Below the pieces are notes generated by a model that saw only the letters and a program-made list of their open reading frames with translations, did no database searches and was not told the origin of the DNA. Below, piece by piece: positions 12,773-24,589 of a stretch of 64,000 bases of DNA (position 1 is the first letter of the stretch; each line of letters opens with the position of its first letter). Source of the stretch: Laetmonice hystrix (lineage: Eukaryota). Position numbers and translations under genes: made by a program. Where the stretch lies: positions 4,900,001 through 4,964,000 of the forward strand of contig OZ249436.1 of the NCBI GenBank assembly GCA_965235115.1. The letters are read 5' to 3'.

Positions 12773-13096
12773 TCATGAAGTGGCCTCAATGTCTGACACA
12801 AACTTCCGGCAGGCGGCGCTCACGTCGATCTCATGGAGTGATGTGAGGAGGTGGTCGACCGTGTCCGGAGCTGCTCGCCTCAGGACCACTCCACACTCCG
12901 TGCACCTTCTCACCAACTCCTGGTTGACCTCACAGGGGGTCAGCGTTCGGTCAGTGGTGACGTCATAGACAAGTCGTAGTAAACACCGCAGTATACTGGC
13001 AGCGTGAGCGGCCATACGAGGCCACACTTCAGTGATTACCGTCCGTAACATGACGAGTGCGTTCAGTCGGGACTCCTCCGTCGGTCCGTCATAGAT
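12773..13096 (-). CDS. TTI2: TELO2-interacting protein 2, last coding exon
   Basis: ctgccag|ATC TAT GAC GGA CCG; IYDGPTEESRLNALVMLRTVITEVWPRM...IEATS* matches recalled TTI2 VYDGPEEEARL...TWPR. Minus-strand AATAAA near 12547-12552. Confidence 0.92.
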   Translation of the reverse strand: MYDGPTEESRLNALVMLRTVITEVWPRMAAHAASILRCLLRLVYDVTTDRTLTPCEVNQELVRRCTECGVVLRRAAPDTVDHLLTSLHEIDVSAACRKFVSDIEATS

Positions 13097-13278
13097 CTGG
13101 CAGAAAACAGAAGAATTTGTCGATTTCTTAACTTTTAATTAAACTGCTTGCATTTTTGTCTCTTGAAAAGAAACTTTGGAACTGAAATGTTTCGTACCAT
13201 TACGAGAGGACTTTCTGAGCCGGTTTACATACAAACACACATAGTGGATATTGTCTTGGTGAATGGCACAGCTCATAC

Positions 13279-13444
13279 CTCCAAGTAGTTGTAGATGACT
13301 CTCATTAGGCGTGGCATATTACGGAGCAGGGTTATTCCCATTGCAGTCAGGAGGGGTGGCAGGTGGTGCGAGTAGACACGACGTAGGACCAGTCCATTCT
13401 CCAGCTCCATATCGCGTAGTACCTGCTCCAGTGTGCGGTCATAC
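13279..13444 (-). CDS. TTI2: TTI2 exon
   Basis: ttttccag|G TAT...GAG|gtatga; YDRTLEQVLRDMELENGLVLRRVYSHHLPPLLTAMGITLLRNMPRLMRVIYNYLE. Confidence 0.92.
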
Positions 13445-13766
13445 CTGGAAAAGGTGGCATAGATCTTATTATAGGCCTACAGATCTCTTCATGGAAGCAT
13501 ATAATACGTATTGGAGAAGATGATGGACTAAATATATTACTCTAATTATTATGAGCTGGGACGTAAGGCTTGTTTAAATCTATAATAAAATTAAATCTAG
13601 TTATCTTATGCATCAGGACCCTGGTCACAAAACCTCTGTCTCAGGCTTACAACTCGAGAACACTGAAGCCCCCTTAATGGTGTGTACAAATGACCTGTTC
13701 TTTTATGTACATTCCGACATCCACAGGTGGTTATTATTACAGTTGACGAGATCTCTCCAAGCTGAC

Positions 13767-14071
13767 CTGTTTTCTGACCTAGGTGGCGCCACCTTACGTG
13801 GAGGTGTCTCCACCACGGCCAGTACATTGATGAGGGCGGGGAGCGTTGCGTTCAGTAGTTGAGGGTCGCGGCTGTACAGTTGGTGTTGGAGTGCCTGCAG
13901 TATCACCTCCGCCCTCCCATGACGGACCAACTCTGGTGCTGACACCTCGCGGATAATGTGATCTAAACACGCCACCCCCAGAACCTTGTGTTCCTCCTGG
14001 TGGTCATCGATGAAATTAAGGCTAGGTGGCAGCACTGAGCTCAAGTGATCACTGAGGTTGGGCGACTTTAT
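13767..14071 (-). CDS. TTI2: TTI2 exon
   Basis: ttcacag|ATA AAG...; IKSPNLSDHLSSVLPPSLNFIDDHQEEHKVLGVACLDHII...GRAEVILQALQHQLY. Two phase-2 donors are possible (exon end 13767 or 13779). Confidence 0.9.
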
Positions 14072-14405
14072 CTGTGAACGAGAAATGTGATTCATCATCA
14101 GAAAACGAGAAAATTACTTGGCATCAAATTTATTTTATATGTACGGCATTATAACGAATGACTTCATGAGGGTATGCGGCAGCAAAAAAAGTCACGAGTA
14201 TTCAAAACTTTACATTTATGGTGCCTCATATTCAATTGAACATTGGTTCCTTTCTTGTATTTTAAGCAAATTCACACTTTTTTTATATTTTCTCATATAC
14301 ACATACCTTCCAAAAATGCATACATGTATATTTGTTGCCATTGCTACTTCCTCTTCAAAGGTAGTCAAGAACTTTCAAAAGATATTGGTCAACGGGAAAA
14401 CTTAC

Positions 14406-15191
14406 TTGGAGTAAAAGCCACTTAAATGTGTTTCCAGATGAAGGCCTTTTCTTCCATATGTCTTTCCCTAAGTTTTCTTTCATGACACTGAACACATCCA
14501 TTAACAATCCTCTGTGGACCATGCTGCCCTCAGTAGGAGAACACAAGAGGTGTTGTAGCGTGTCACAATCTGTCGATTCAAGGATTTGTCCGAGCAGGGT
14601 TTCTGCTGTTGTACATGATTCTCCATCAGTCCACGGGCTGTCCACATTCACATGTTCACCAGATAGCAGGACTGCCTTGGTCAGGAGATTCCGCATCACA
14701 CACCGGGTGAGGCGTCTCATCTCTCCGTCTGGAGCCTCAGACATCATGTTTAATTTTTGTAATAGGATAACATAGCATTTCATGGTGGTGGTGGCCCTCT
14801 GAGGCACTCCTTGAAAGTCTGACAGTTTGTAGTCATAATCTTCTGTCCTACTGAACATGCCAACTTCAGTGCATATATACAGGGCCTGAATCAACTTATT
14901 CAACACAATATCACTTGGGTTTTCTGTCAAGATATCGTCATCCTTACTTTGTGTCTGAACTTCATTGTTATGAATTGTTAGCAATGATGGTAAATCAGTA
15001 TTTTCTAATGCTATTTGTAAATTATCAATGAGGCAAATGACATCTTTGCAGCATTGTTCCTCCTTGTCATGTTTAGTTCTTCGTCTACGTTCCACTGTGT
15101 GGGTGTTCAAGGTCAAAGTGTCACACAATTCGTTTAGGTAAGACCCAAGATTTGAAGGCTGATCCAGCCGATCGATCTGGGAGTTCTTCAT
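14406..15191 (-). CDS. TTI2: TTI2 first coding exon
   Basis: Acceptor ttgcag| before 15234, ATG at 15191, 262 open codons ending WKKRPSSGNTFKWLLLQ|gtaagt. The SPWT and WK..P....F.W.L.Q motifs are typical of the TTI2 N-terminal half. Confidence 0.85.
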
Positions 15192-15441
15192 TTTTCTCAA
15201 ATAAAGTTCAATGCCAAAAAATCCGGGAGGCAACCTGCAAACGTTAAGTCAGTTGAGTTAATTGATCATGTGATATAATCTTTTATAAAATAGTGAAATG
15301 TCCTAACTGTCACTGTCACGTCCCCCCCCCTTTCTGGTGATGGGCTATAGTGCTATACTAAAAAGGTCAAAGACAAAGGTCTTGGTCTTGGGGATTAGGC
15401 CTACTTAAATCAGGGGGGGGCGATCAAAAACACCTGGGTTG

Positions 15442-15777
15442 CAGTGGGGGATCCAGGATTTTGATAAGGGGGGGGCGCCTAAAAAAAAAATTTGCCTCGC
15501 TATGCTCGGCATGATTTTATTATGATTATGGCCATTTTGGGCCCCTTTTGGTCTATTTCAATGCTGCATGGCCCAGAGTTCGGCCTATGTTGCTCTAGGA
15601 TGACTGAGGAGGCCCAAATTTTGGGTCGGATGTTACTATCACATACAATATAGGAGGATTTTCTAATTTTGTTGGAATCCTGGTTTCAGGGTCCGAAATG
15701 CATCTTCTTAAAAAAAAGGTTGGGGAAAGGAAAATTTAAGGGGGGCGGGCCCCTTGGGCCCCCTGGATCCCCCAGTG
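15442..15777. mobile_element. Non-autonomous TIR element (GGATCC family) with 5-bp TSD
   Basis: Ends CAGTGGGGGATCCAG / CTGGATCCCCCAGTG, flanked by GGTTG on both sides. Confidence 0.8.
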
Positions 15778-16232
15778 GGTTGCCCTCCCCCTTTGAAATA
15801 TGCAGCTGCACCCCTGCCATGTTGGCAGTCTTGTGTTATGCTTACCGTACTCCTAAATACTACTGTCTGTACTGTAGTGTAGTGTAGGGATACTACTAAG
15901 TACTAGTACGAGGGTAGGCGATCATATCGATACGACTAGTCTACGCGGGACATTAACATTCATAACAACACGATCGGCATATATAATATTGACCCCTGGG
16001 GGTGCATTTCACTAACGAAAGACGTCTTTAGCATAGACGTCTTTGGAAAGACGTCTTTGTGGGGCCAATGTTAAAGAATAGGTGGTCTCAGCGACCATTT
16101 CATTTTCAAAGTCCGTCTTTCGCCGGGCTTGCTTAGAACTGTTGATCTGGAAATGACGTTGCTAAACGGATAAAAAGTGCACGCGGCGGTTGACATATAT
16201 ATTTAAACTTTCAAAGGTTCCCAAAATCACAC

Positions 16233-16449
16233 CTACAGTAGGCCTGGTAAATCACGCAACATCAACAACACCCCCTGCGCCTGAGGTTCTTCTGACTGTT
16301 CCACCTTGCCGGATGGGCGCCGCCATTTTACAGATCACATGATCAAGTCACAGGTCACATGACTATACAAAGTAGAGCGCCACCTACCATAATAACAGTG
16401 TACTATTGGTGTTTCCGCCACAGCCGACTCCACCCACGAAGCCGAGGGT
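16233..16449. promoter_or_regulatory. Bidirectional promoter / 5' leader region shared by TTI2 (-) and the ADH gene (+)
   Basis: Divergent gene orientation; YY1-like CGCCATTTT (16321-16329); two TCACATGA E-box-like sites; CTCF-like GCGCCACCTAC (16377-16387); minus-strand donor ag|gtgtga at 16232 could splice to the TTI2 acceptor at 15234. Confidence 0.6.
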
Positions 16450-16631
16450 ATGGCGTCTGCTTCAAGATTTGTGTTTTTTGGGGCTGGTCGCCAACCTCCG
16501 TTATTTTATGAAGAAGGACGTCCCATACCTGAAATACAGGAGGGAGAAATCCTCGCTCGGATCAGGCTGGCGACGATATGTGGCTCCGACTTGCACACGT
16601 TTGCTGGGGCGAGGAATGAAGCAGTACCGAG
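16450..16631 (+). CDS. Zn-dependent MDR alcohol dehydrogenase (HpnZ/TIGR03366-like), exon 1
   Basis: ATG...CCG AG|gtaatt; MASASRFVFFG...GEILARIRLATICGSDLHTFAG (catalytic Zn Cys in ICGSD). Confidence 0.92.
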
Positions 16632-18200
16632 GTAATTACACGGTCTCGCTCTCAGTTAGACCCCGGGGGACAGGGCCGGAGTCCGCCGGCCACCCACGGA
16701 AGTTACGGGGACGGCTGTAAACACAGGGGGCGTGGCCCTCCACTTTTGACAACTCATGGGCTCTGGCGTAGCTCTAGTCCTGTGGTGTCCCTGTACTCTT
16801 GTAGGCCTAAGGAAGCCATTATAACATGAATCTCAGTCTCCAACTAACTTCTCTGGCTCTGGTGTTTTGGAAAGGCTGCCTCTTTAACTTACCGCGGTAT
16901 GAGTTATGTAACTAGGCTAGGCGGGTGTCACGGATCACTGACAGCGGTGGGGCAATCCGGAGAATAAGCCCCTGGAAACTTTTCATACGAGAAAAACGTT
17001 AGGGTCTATTTTTTAAAAATATTTTTATGAACTTTTGAAGTTTTTTTTAAAGTTTTAGAATTTTTTCCGTACATTTTCCTGAACTTTAAAAAAAAAATTT
17101 GTCTTGAAAACAATTAGAAAATCTTGTAACAAGCTAATATAGGCCTACACTAGGCCTACATGTAAATTTCCTATAGATCTATAGGCCGACATTGTGTATT
17201 TGTTGTTTCTCTCTGAAATGAAGTTTCAGAAAGATTATGGTAAGTCAGAAACAGGGCAAAGATGCTTTATAAATCCTAGGCCTATCTTAAAGGCTCTAAT
17301 AGCCTGCAAGTAGGCCTAGTGCCAGTCAATTTCCACAATCACGGAATCGTGGACCGAATCATGGAATTTCCTATTTGAAACAGAATTTCCAAAACGGAAA
17401 AGGACTTTTTATGCCTACCACTGGTCATTCTCCCATCTGGTCGGCGTAATACGGATTTATTTACACAAATTACAGCCACATCTCCATGTCCAGCCACTCT
17501 CCTTCTTGCCAACCGAATATTCCCCGCCCATACCTCTGGCCAAGACTGACTAGTATTTAAAAAAAGTGGCCTTCTGCGGCACCACCGCTTTCTGTATGCA
17601 CAGACCGTAAAGCATGCTTTTACAACATCAAAATATGGAGACAGAAAAAAAAAATCGGAATTTTCAAAAGTTGTGTGAAAAAAAAACGGATTTTCTCATT
17701 TTCAAAACGAAATTTCCTGGCACCGATCAGGGAATTTCACAGGCTCTATGCAAGTTGTGACAGTATGGTATATCACAATAGGCTAGTGAGGCAAGGGATG
17801 TTAATATTCCTAATGTTAGTGCAGTACACTCTGCATGCATGGTGGGTCATGATCATGAATGCCAGTAGGCCCCTGAGGGTAACATACCTGTTAGTTTTAA
17901 GTGTTACAGTTGTCCACTATTTACCTGAGTGACTAGACCTACTCCTGCTCACAGTCTGGTCTAGGCCTTGTCATGGTAGATTCTAGAACACCGACATGCT
18001 GTGGGGCCTTGTTTTGACATTTTTATGGTGGCCATAATGATACATTATGAAGAGAAATAAGAATTAAGAAAATGAATCAAAGTTTGAGGCGAGTCAACAT
18101 CATACAACGTCGAAGTAGCATGCAGAGAAAATAATTTTATAAAGCTGATGTCCAAGTGCAGCTATTTTTTGTTTTGTTTTGTTTCTTTGTTTCTGTCCAG

Positions 18201-18360
18201 TGTTCTTGGACATGAGGCGGTTGCTGAGGTGGTTGAGACGCGGAGGTCGGATGGAGGTGTAAAGGTTGGGGACAGAATCACATTCTGTGTGGTTGACTCC
18301 TGTTCAGACTGCCATCTCTGTGCTGTAGATGTACCCCAGAAATGTCAACGTTTAAAAAAG
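18201..18360 (+). CDS. Zn-dependent ADH exon 2
   Basis: gtccag|T GTT...AAG|gttagt; VLGHEAVAEVV...GDRI...CSDCHLCAVDVPQKC (GHE motif and structural Zn Cx2Cx2Cx7C). Confidence 0.95.
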
Positions 18361-18575
18361 GTTAGTGTGCACGAAGTCATGAAACAGGTCGGCCAATTAT
18401 AGATTATCTTTCTTCCTGAATTACTCGTTTACTGGATAAAGTAACCTTCCCCCTTTCTAAATATTTTTACACAATAATTTGTAATACATTGATTTGTTTA
18501 TCAAATGATTGGGATATTGTATAAGCCATACAGACTCCCCCCCCCCCCAATATCTGCCCCCCCAATACCCCCACC

Positions 18576-19021
18576 CAGGGGCGGATCCAGCTTTTTCCGT
18601 TAGGGGGGGTTCACGTGTTTCGGGGTAACACAGACGTGACTGTACGAGCGCCGAAGGCGCGAAGTCTGCAAGCGCCGAAGTCGCGAAGCCTTGCTAGGGG
18701 GGTGCGGGGGCATGCCCCCCGGAAAATTTTGAAATTCAAGGTGTAATTTGTTGCAATCCGATGCATTTTGGAGCACAAAATAAGCTATTCAATGACCAAT
18801 GTGAACAAGCGCAAAAGGGCCTCCTCAATTCCAACACCATCTTTGGCTATAGCATGAAATCATGCCGAGCGTAGCGAGGGAAAAAAAAATTTTAGGTGGT
18901 TTTTATCTTGCGACTGAAAGAAAAGATACTTCTAAATTATAATGTTAAATTAAAATGTGTGTATCTGCAAAATTTTAGGGGGGGTTCGAACCCCCTGAAC
19001 CCCCCCCTGGATCCGCCAGTG
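18576..19021. mobile_element. Non-autonomous TIR element (GGATCC family)
   Basis: Ends CAGGGGCGGATCCAG / CTGGATCCGCCAGTG; shares an internal segment with 15442-15777 in opposite orientation. Confidence 0.8.
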
Positions 19022-20457
19022 CCCACGCCCCGTGTGTCCTCAATACAGTATTATTCCTGTCACCTCTGAGCTCCAGCCACAGACAGCCACAGTTCCCAGT
19101 ATTTATACAGTCCAAACTCATGGCGAGAACTCGTATATTGACGGAATCACTGGAGAATTTTACCTGACTGTGGCTACATTCTGTGACATAGCCCGATGCT
19201 ATCTCGCAAACAAGCATTGATAATGAAAACACGCGACTTTTATCTGGAGTGAAAATAGCTGTACCATCGCTTCCTGTGTGTCTGTCATAGCAGTCAGTAA
19301 CCCCCGACCCAGGTATACAGTGGCCCCAGCCTTCTGACAGTCACTTACTGCAAAAAAGGTTGTGAACATTGTGTGTTGCTCTCCTTTTTCTATATTCGCT
19401 GATTCAGATAATTATAGTATGAAGCAGAGAACGTTTTTTCATGGGTGAGTTGTATTGTTTATCTTCAGTAGAACGTCAGGTCCCCTGAAGCCATCTCTTT
19501 TAGTTCCTTTCCTGCACTGTATAACCGTATCGACATGATACTGGTGCTTGCGTGATTAGGAATCAGAGGGTCGTTCTGTCCACGCAGACAGAACTGAGAA
19601 CGTAGTACGGTACGGACGTTAAAGCCTGCAGGAATCCATGTACAATGTATACGTATTGCGTAGTGCAATAAAAACGTGCACTACGCACTAAGCACACATG
19701 GAATCACTCCATGCAACGTGTTTTAATTGATTTTGATGAATACGCATACGCAGTTCAATAAATTAAGCCCAATAGTGCCTACGCATTTCAATAAAGCCCA
19801 AAAGACTCTTTGAGCCCCTTGCTGAACCCAAAGAGTGTTTGCGGCGACGTGGTGTTCCAATAACACTCTATTCTTTAACACTGGTACCGAAAAGACGTCT
19901 TTTGAAAGACTCTTTCCGCAAAGACATCTTTCTTTATTGAAACGCATCTGGCTTTAGGGTGACTAATAAACATGGTCAAACATGATGGAACAGCGTTCGG
20001 TAGTTAACTGTTACCATGTTTGTATTGTCAGTTAGTAATAATAACTACAAGGTATCATCTTTCCCCTCGCCACATATCATGGAAGATACAGTGCATGGTT
20101 GAATACTTCTCAACAACTTCATACAGTTGGTCGGAACATTGTCGAGCTTATATCACAGGTAGGTTGTCGTGCAGGTTCAGCCTCACCTCGTAAACGTCCG
20201 CCAGATAGCGTAACGTAACGTACGTAACAGCACTGTACGCCGACCCGTGTGTATACATGTACATCGTAACCTTCCCCCAGATACCGTAACGACGAGACCA
20301 GCACTGTATACGCCGACCCGTGTGTACATACATGTGTACCTAATAAAAGAAATCGGATAGGAGGAGGATCAATATGGCGACATTTTGTGACAGGTGTGAT
20401 GCAGTGCACGTGTCGTGTCTTCTCATGGTTGTTCCCCCATGGGGGTGTCCCCATGTC

Positions 20458-21397
20458 ATTGGCGGTCGGGCTTGTGGGCACAGGGGATTGGTAGGGGCTG
20501 ATATATTGGCGGTCGGGTTTGTGGGCACAGGGGATTGGTAGGGGCTGATATATTGGTGGTCGGGTTTGGGGGCAAGGGTAGGACAGGGGATTGGTAGGGG
20601 CCGATATATTGGTGGTCGGGTTTGTGGGCAAGGGTAGGACAGGGGATTGGTAGGGGCTGATATATTGGCGGTCGGGTTTGGAGGCAACGGTAGGACAGAG
20701 GATTGGTAGGGGCTGATATATTGGTGGTCGGGTTTGTGGGCAAGGGTAGGACAGAGGATTGGTAGGGGCTGATATATTGGTGGTCGGGTTTGGGGGCAAG
20801 GGTAGGACAGGGGATTGGTGGGGGCTGATATATTGGTGGTCGGGTTTGTGGGCAAGGGTAGGACAGGGGATTGGTAGGGGCTGATATATTGGTGGTCGGG
20901 TTTGTGGGCAAGGGTAGGACAGGGGATTGGTAGGGGCCGATATATTGGTGGTCGGGTTTGTGGGCAAGGGTAGGACAGGGGATTGGTAGGGGCCGATATA
21001 TTGGTGGTCGGGTTTGTGGGCAAGGGTAGGACAAGGGATTGGTAGGGGCTGATATATTGGTGGTCGGGTTTGGGGGCAAGGGTAGGACAGGGGATTGGTA
21101 GGGGCCGATATATTGGTGGTCGGGTTTGTGGGCAAGTGTAGGACAGGGGATTGGTAGGGGCTGATATATTGGTGGTCGGGTTTGGGGGCAAGGGTAGGAC
21201 AGGGGATTGGTAGGGGCCGATATATTGGTGGTCGGGTTTGTGGGCAAGGGTAGGACAAGGGATTGGTAGGGGATGATATATTGGCGGTCGGGTTTGTGGG
21301 CAAGGGTAGGACAGGGGATTGGTAGGGGCTGATATATTGGCGGTCGGGTTTGGGGGCAAGGGTAGGACAGGGGATTGGTAGGGGCTGATATATTGGG
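20458..21397. repeat. 56-bp G-rich minisatellite, ~17 copies, in ADH intron 2
   Basis: Unit GGGGATTGGTAGGGGCTGATATATTGGTGGTCGGGTTTGTGGGCAAGGGTAGGACA. Confidence 0.95.
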
Positions 21398-21465
21398 ATT
21401 GGTAGGATTAGGATGGGACTAGTGAGAGATTCTTAATTCTCGCCCGGGAATTTCGTGAAGATGTT

Positions 21466-22891
21466 ACCATGGTAACTATACCTTTCTCACCGCCACACAC
21501 CACACACGTGGCACGCCCAGTGAAAGGTCCTTTATACGTCACGACCATGGTAACTGTACCTTTCTCACCGCCACACACGTGGCACGCCCAGTGAAAGGTC
21601 CTTTATACGTCACGACCATGGTAACTGTACCTTTCTCACCGCCACACACCACACACGTGGTGCGCCCAGTGAAAGGTCCTTTATACGTCACGACCATGGT
21701 AACTGTACCTTTCTCCCCACCACACACCACACACGTGGCACGCCCAGTGAAAGGTCCGTTATACGTCACGACCATGGTAACTGTACCTTTCTCACCGCCA
21801 CACACCACACACGTGGCACGCCCAGTGAAAGGTCCTTTATACGCCACGACCATGGTAACTGTACCTTTCTCACCGCCACACACCACACACGTGGCACGCC
21901 CAGTGAAAGGTCCTTTATACGTCACGACCATGGTAACTGTACCTTTCTCACCGCCACACACCACACACGTGGCACGCCCAGTGAAAGGTCCGTTATACGT
22001 CACGACCATGGTAACTGTACCTTTCTCACCGCCACACACCACACACGTGGCACGCCCAATGAAAGGTCCTTTATACGTCATGACCATGGTAACTGTACCT
22101 TTCTCACCGCCACACACCACACACGTGGCACGCCCAGTGAAAGGTCCTTTATACGTCATGACCATGGTAACTGTACCTTTCTCACTGCCACACACCACAC
22201 ACGTGGCACGCCCAGTGACAGGTCCTTTATACGTCACGACCATGGTAACTGTACCTTTCTCCCCGCCACACACCACACACGTGGCACGCCCAGTGACAGG
22301 TCCTTTATACGTCATGACCATGGTAACTGTACCTTTCTCACTGCCACACACGTGGCACGCCCAGTGAAAGGTCCTTTATACGTCACGACCATGGTAACTG
22401 TACCTTTCTCACCGCCACACACCACACACGTGGCACGCCCAGTGAAAGGTCCTTTATACGTCACGACCATGGTAACTGTACCTTTCTCACCGCCACATAC
22501 CACACACGTGGCACGCCCAGTGAAAGGTCCTTTATGCGTCACGACCATGGTAACTGTACCTTTCTCACCGCCACATACCACACACGTGGCGCGCCCAGTG
22601 AAAGGTCCTTTATACGTCATGACCATGGTAACTGTACCTTTCTCACCGCCACATACCACACACGTGGCGCGCCCAGTGAAAGGTCCTTTATACGTCACGA
22701 CCATGGTAACTGTACCTACACCACACACGTGGCACGCCCAGTGAAAGGTCCGTTATACGTCATGACCATGGTAACTGTACCTTTCTCACCGCCACACACC
22801 ACACACGTGGCACACCCAGTGAAAGGTCCTTTTATACGTCATGACCATGGTAACTGTACCTTTCTCACCGCCACACACCACACACGTGGCA
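21466..22891. repeat. 78-bp minisatellite, ~18 copies, in ADH intron 2
   Basis: Unit ACCATGGTAACTGTACCTTTCTCACCGCCACACACCACACACGTGGCACGCCCAGTGAAAGGTCCTTTATACGTCACG, with occasional 7-bp-deleted units. Confidence 0.95.
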
Positions 22892-23438
22892 GATTTACTT
22901 GCCTGGCTTTCCCGGCTGGGACTCGGGGGAGGATCCAGGATTTTGGTAAGGGGGAGGGGGGGGGGGTATGGGTGGAATTTGCCAAGGGGGGGGGGGGGGT
23001 CTCAGCATGGTCAATTCAATCGGATCGGATCAGTAGGGGCCTGAGTGTTTTACCTGGCCAAATTTCCACCTGTCACATGACTTGGTGGGCTTGTGTAGGG
23101 ATTAGTACACTGGTTGACACAGACGTACCTCTAGATCAATACCAAGTTGTCGTCTGTCGCTACGATCCTGTGTTCATCAAAACACTGAACCAACCAATCA
23201 TTATACACCGTGTACCTTAGCCCGGGCAGGGTTTCCTGTCGGCCTCACCTCCACCCTGCACTGAGACAGTGTCGCTACAATACGATGGAATCCTCCACAA
23301 AGATATAAACATTATACACATTATACACAACCAATCAGTTTACACGGTGTACATTAGCCCGGGCACGGTTTCCTGTCGGCCTCACCTCGACCCTGCACTG
23401 AGTCAGTGTCGCTACAATACGATTGAATCCTCCACAAA

Positions 23439-23565
23439 GGCCCAGATACACAGACCGATTTACGGCCGATTTAGAGATACGGCCGATTTATCGCCATATA
23501 TTTCCTATGGAGAAAAATCGGCCGTATCTCTTAATCGGCCGTAAATCGGTCTGTGTATCTGGGCC
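23439..23565. mobile_element. Short palindromic MITE
   Basis: ~50-bp inverted arms GGCCCAGATACACAGACCGATTTACGGCCGATT... / ...AATCGGCCGTAAATCGGTCTGTGTATCTGGGCC. Confidence 0.8.
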
Positions 23566-24133
23566 AGGGCAGGTTTACACACATGGTGCACCACTGACCC
23601 GGGTATTACCCGGGGGGAACCCCTGAGTGTGAACCTGGCCTTACTTCCTCTGTCATACCTCCACCCTGTCCCACTGTCACCGTGAGTCAGCAACCTCTCC
23701 CGTCCATATCAGATCGGTGTACTCTCTGGATGGTCATAATACCCCCATCACACTAGAAGGCGATCTAGCTGCGCTCTAGAAAATGGGCCAGATCGCCGTA
23801 GAGCGTGGATAGAGTGCCTTGAGGTCCTTCTGAGCGTCATAGGAGCGAGATAGTGTCTCCCTGGGTCGTCATATGGTCACCATGAGCGCCATTAGCGGCG
23901 ACCAATTTTGAACATGCACAAAATTTACGCCGCAGGGTCGCCGTGGATCTAAAAGCGCAGTTAGATCGAAATGCGATCACCATCAGCGTCCTAGGAGCGC
24001 AGTACCAGATTCCTGAGAGCGCAGGTCGAGCGCCAGTGAACGGGGTAGCATCGGCCTTCCCGTCCCATGGCGCTGGCCCGGCGCTCTTACCACGATGCCA
24101 CCGAGACCTCGGTGACCCTAATGAACCCTTTAA

Positions 24134-24589
24134 GCGGTGTTTCCATTAACGCGGCTGCGGCCCGGCTGCGGTGCGGGCACGGGTACGGCTGATAAGACAC
24201 GTCGTTGTTTTTAAAGGTGCGTCCCGGCTGCGTCTCAATGTTGTTGGTATAAGGTCATAGGCCATACACCTGCCGAATCGATAAGTTTTTCGATAAGTTT
24301 TTCGATATCTTCCTTGCTGACCACGTGAGGTATGGTGCCATCCATTTTTTGAGTGAAGAACATGCACGGGACCACCTAGGACCAAGGGGATCCCTCATGC
24401 GGCTCATCTGCGGCTGTGCTCGAATCGCTCCATGACGCGATCGGGAAGAGCCGCATCCGACGCCCGGACGGGCGCCGGACGGAGATCGCATTAATGGAAA
24501 CACTTACATTAAAAACAACGACGTGCGATATCAGCCGTACCCGTGCCCGGACTGCAGCCGGACCGCAGCCGCGTTAATGGAAACACCGC
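24134..24589. mobile_element. MITE with ~80-bp TIRs, flanked by TTAA
   Basis: TTAA|GCGGTGTTTCCATTAACGCGGCTGCGG...CCGCAGCCGCGTTAATGGAAACACCGC|TTAA. The TSD could be read as TTAA or TA, so the superfamily is left open. Confidence 0.85.

Noticed and set aside
19165..20340. Minus-strand splice-like signals in ADH intron 2 suggesting a nested antisense gene
   Set aside because: The segments do not join into a consistent reading frame or recognisable protein; transcript data would be needed.
20119..23220. Pro-rich 263-394 aa ORFs and Cys/Val-rich ORFs on both strands
   Set aside because: Produced by the 56-bp and 78-bp arrays; several frames are open at once, which is typical of repeats.
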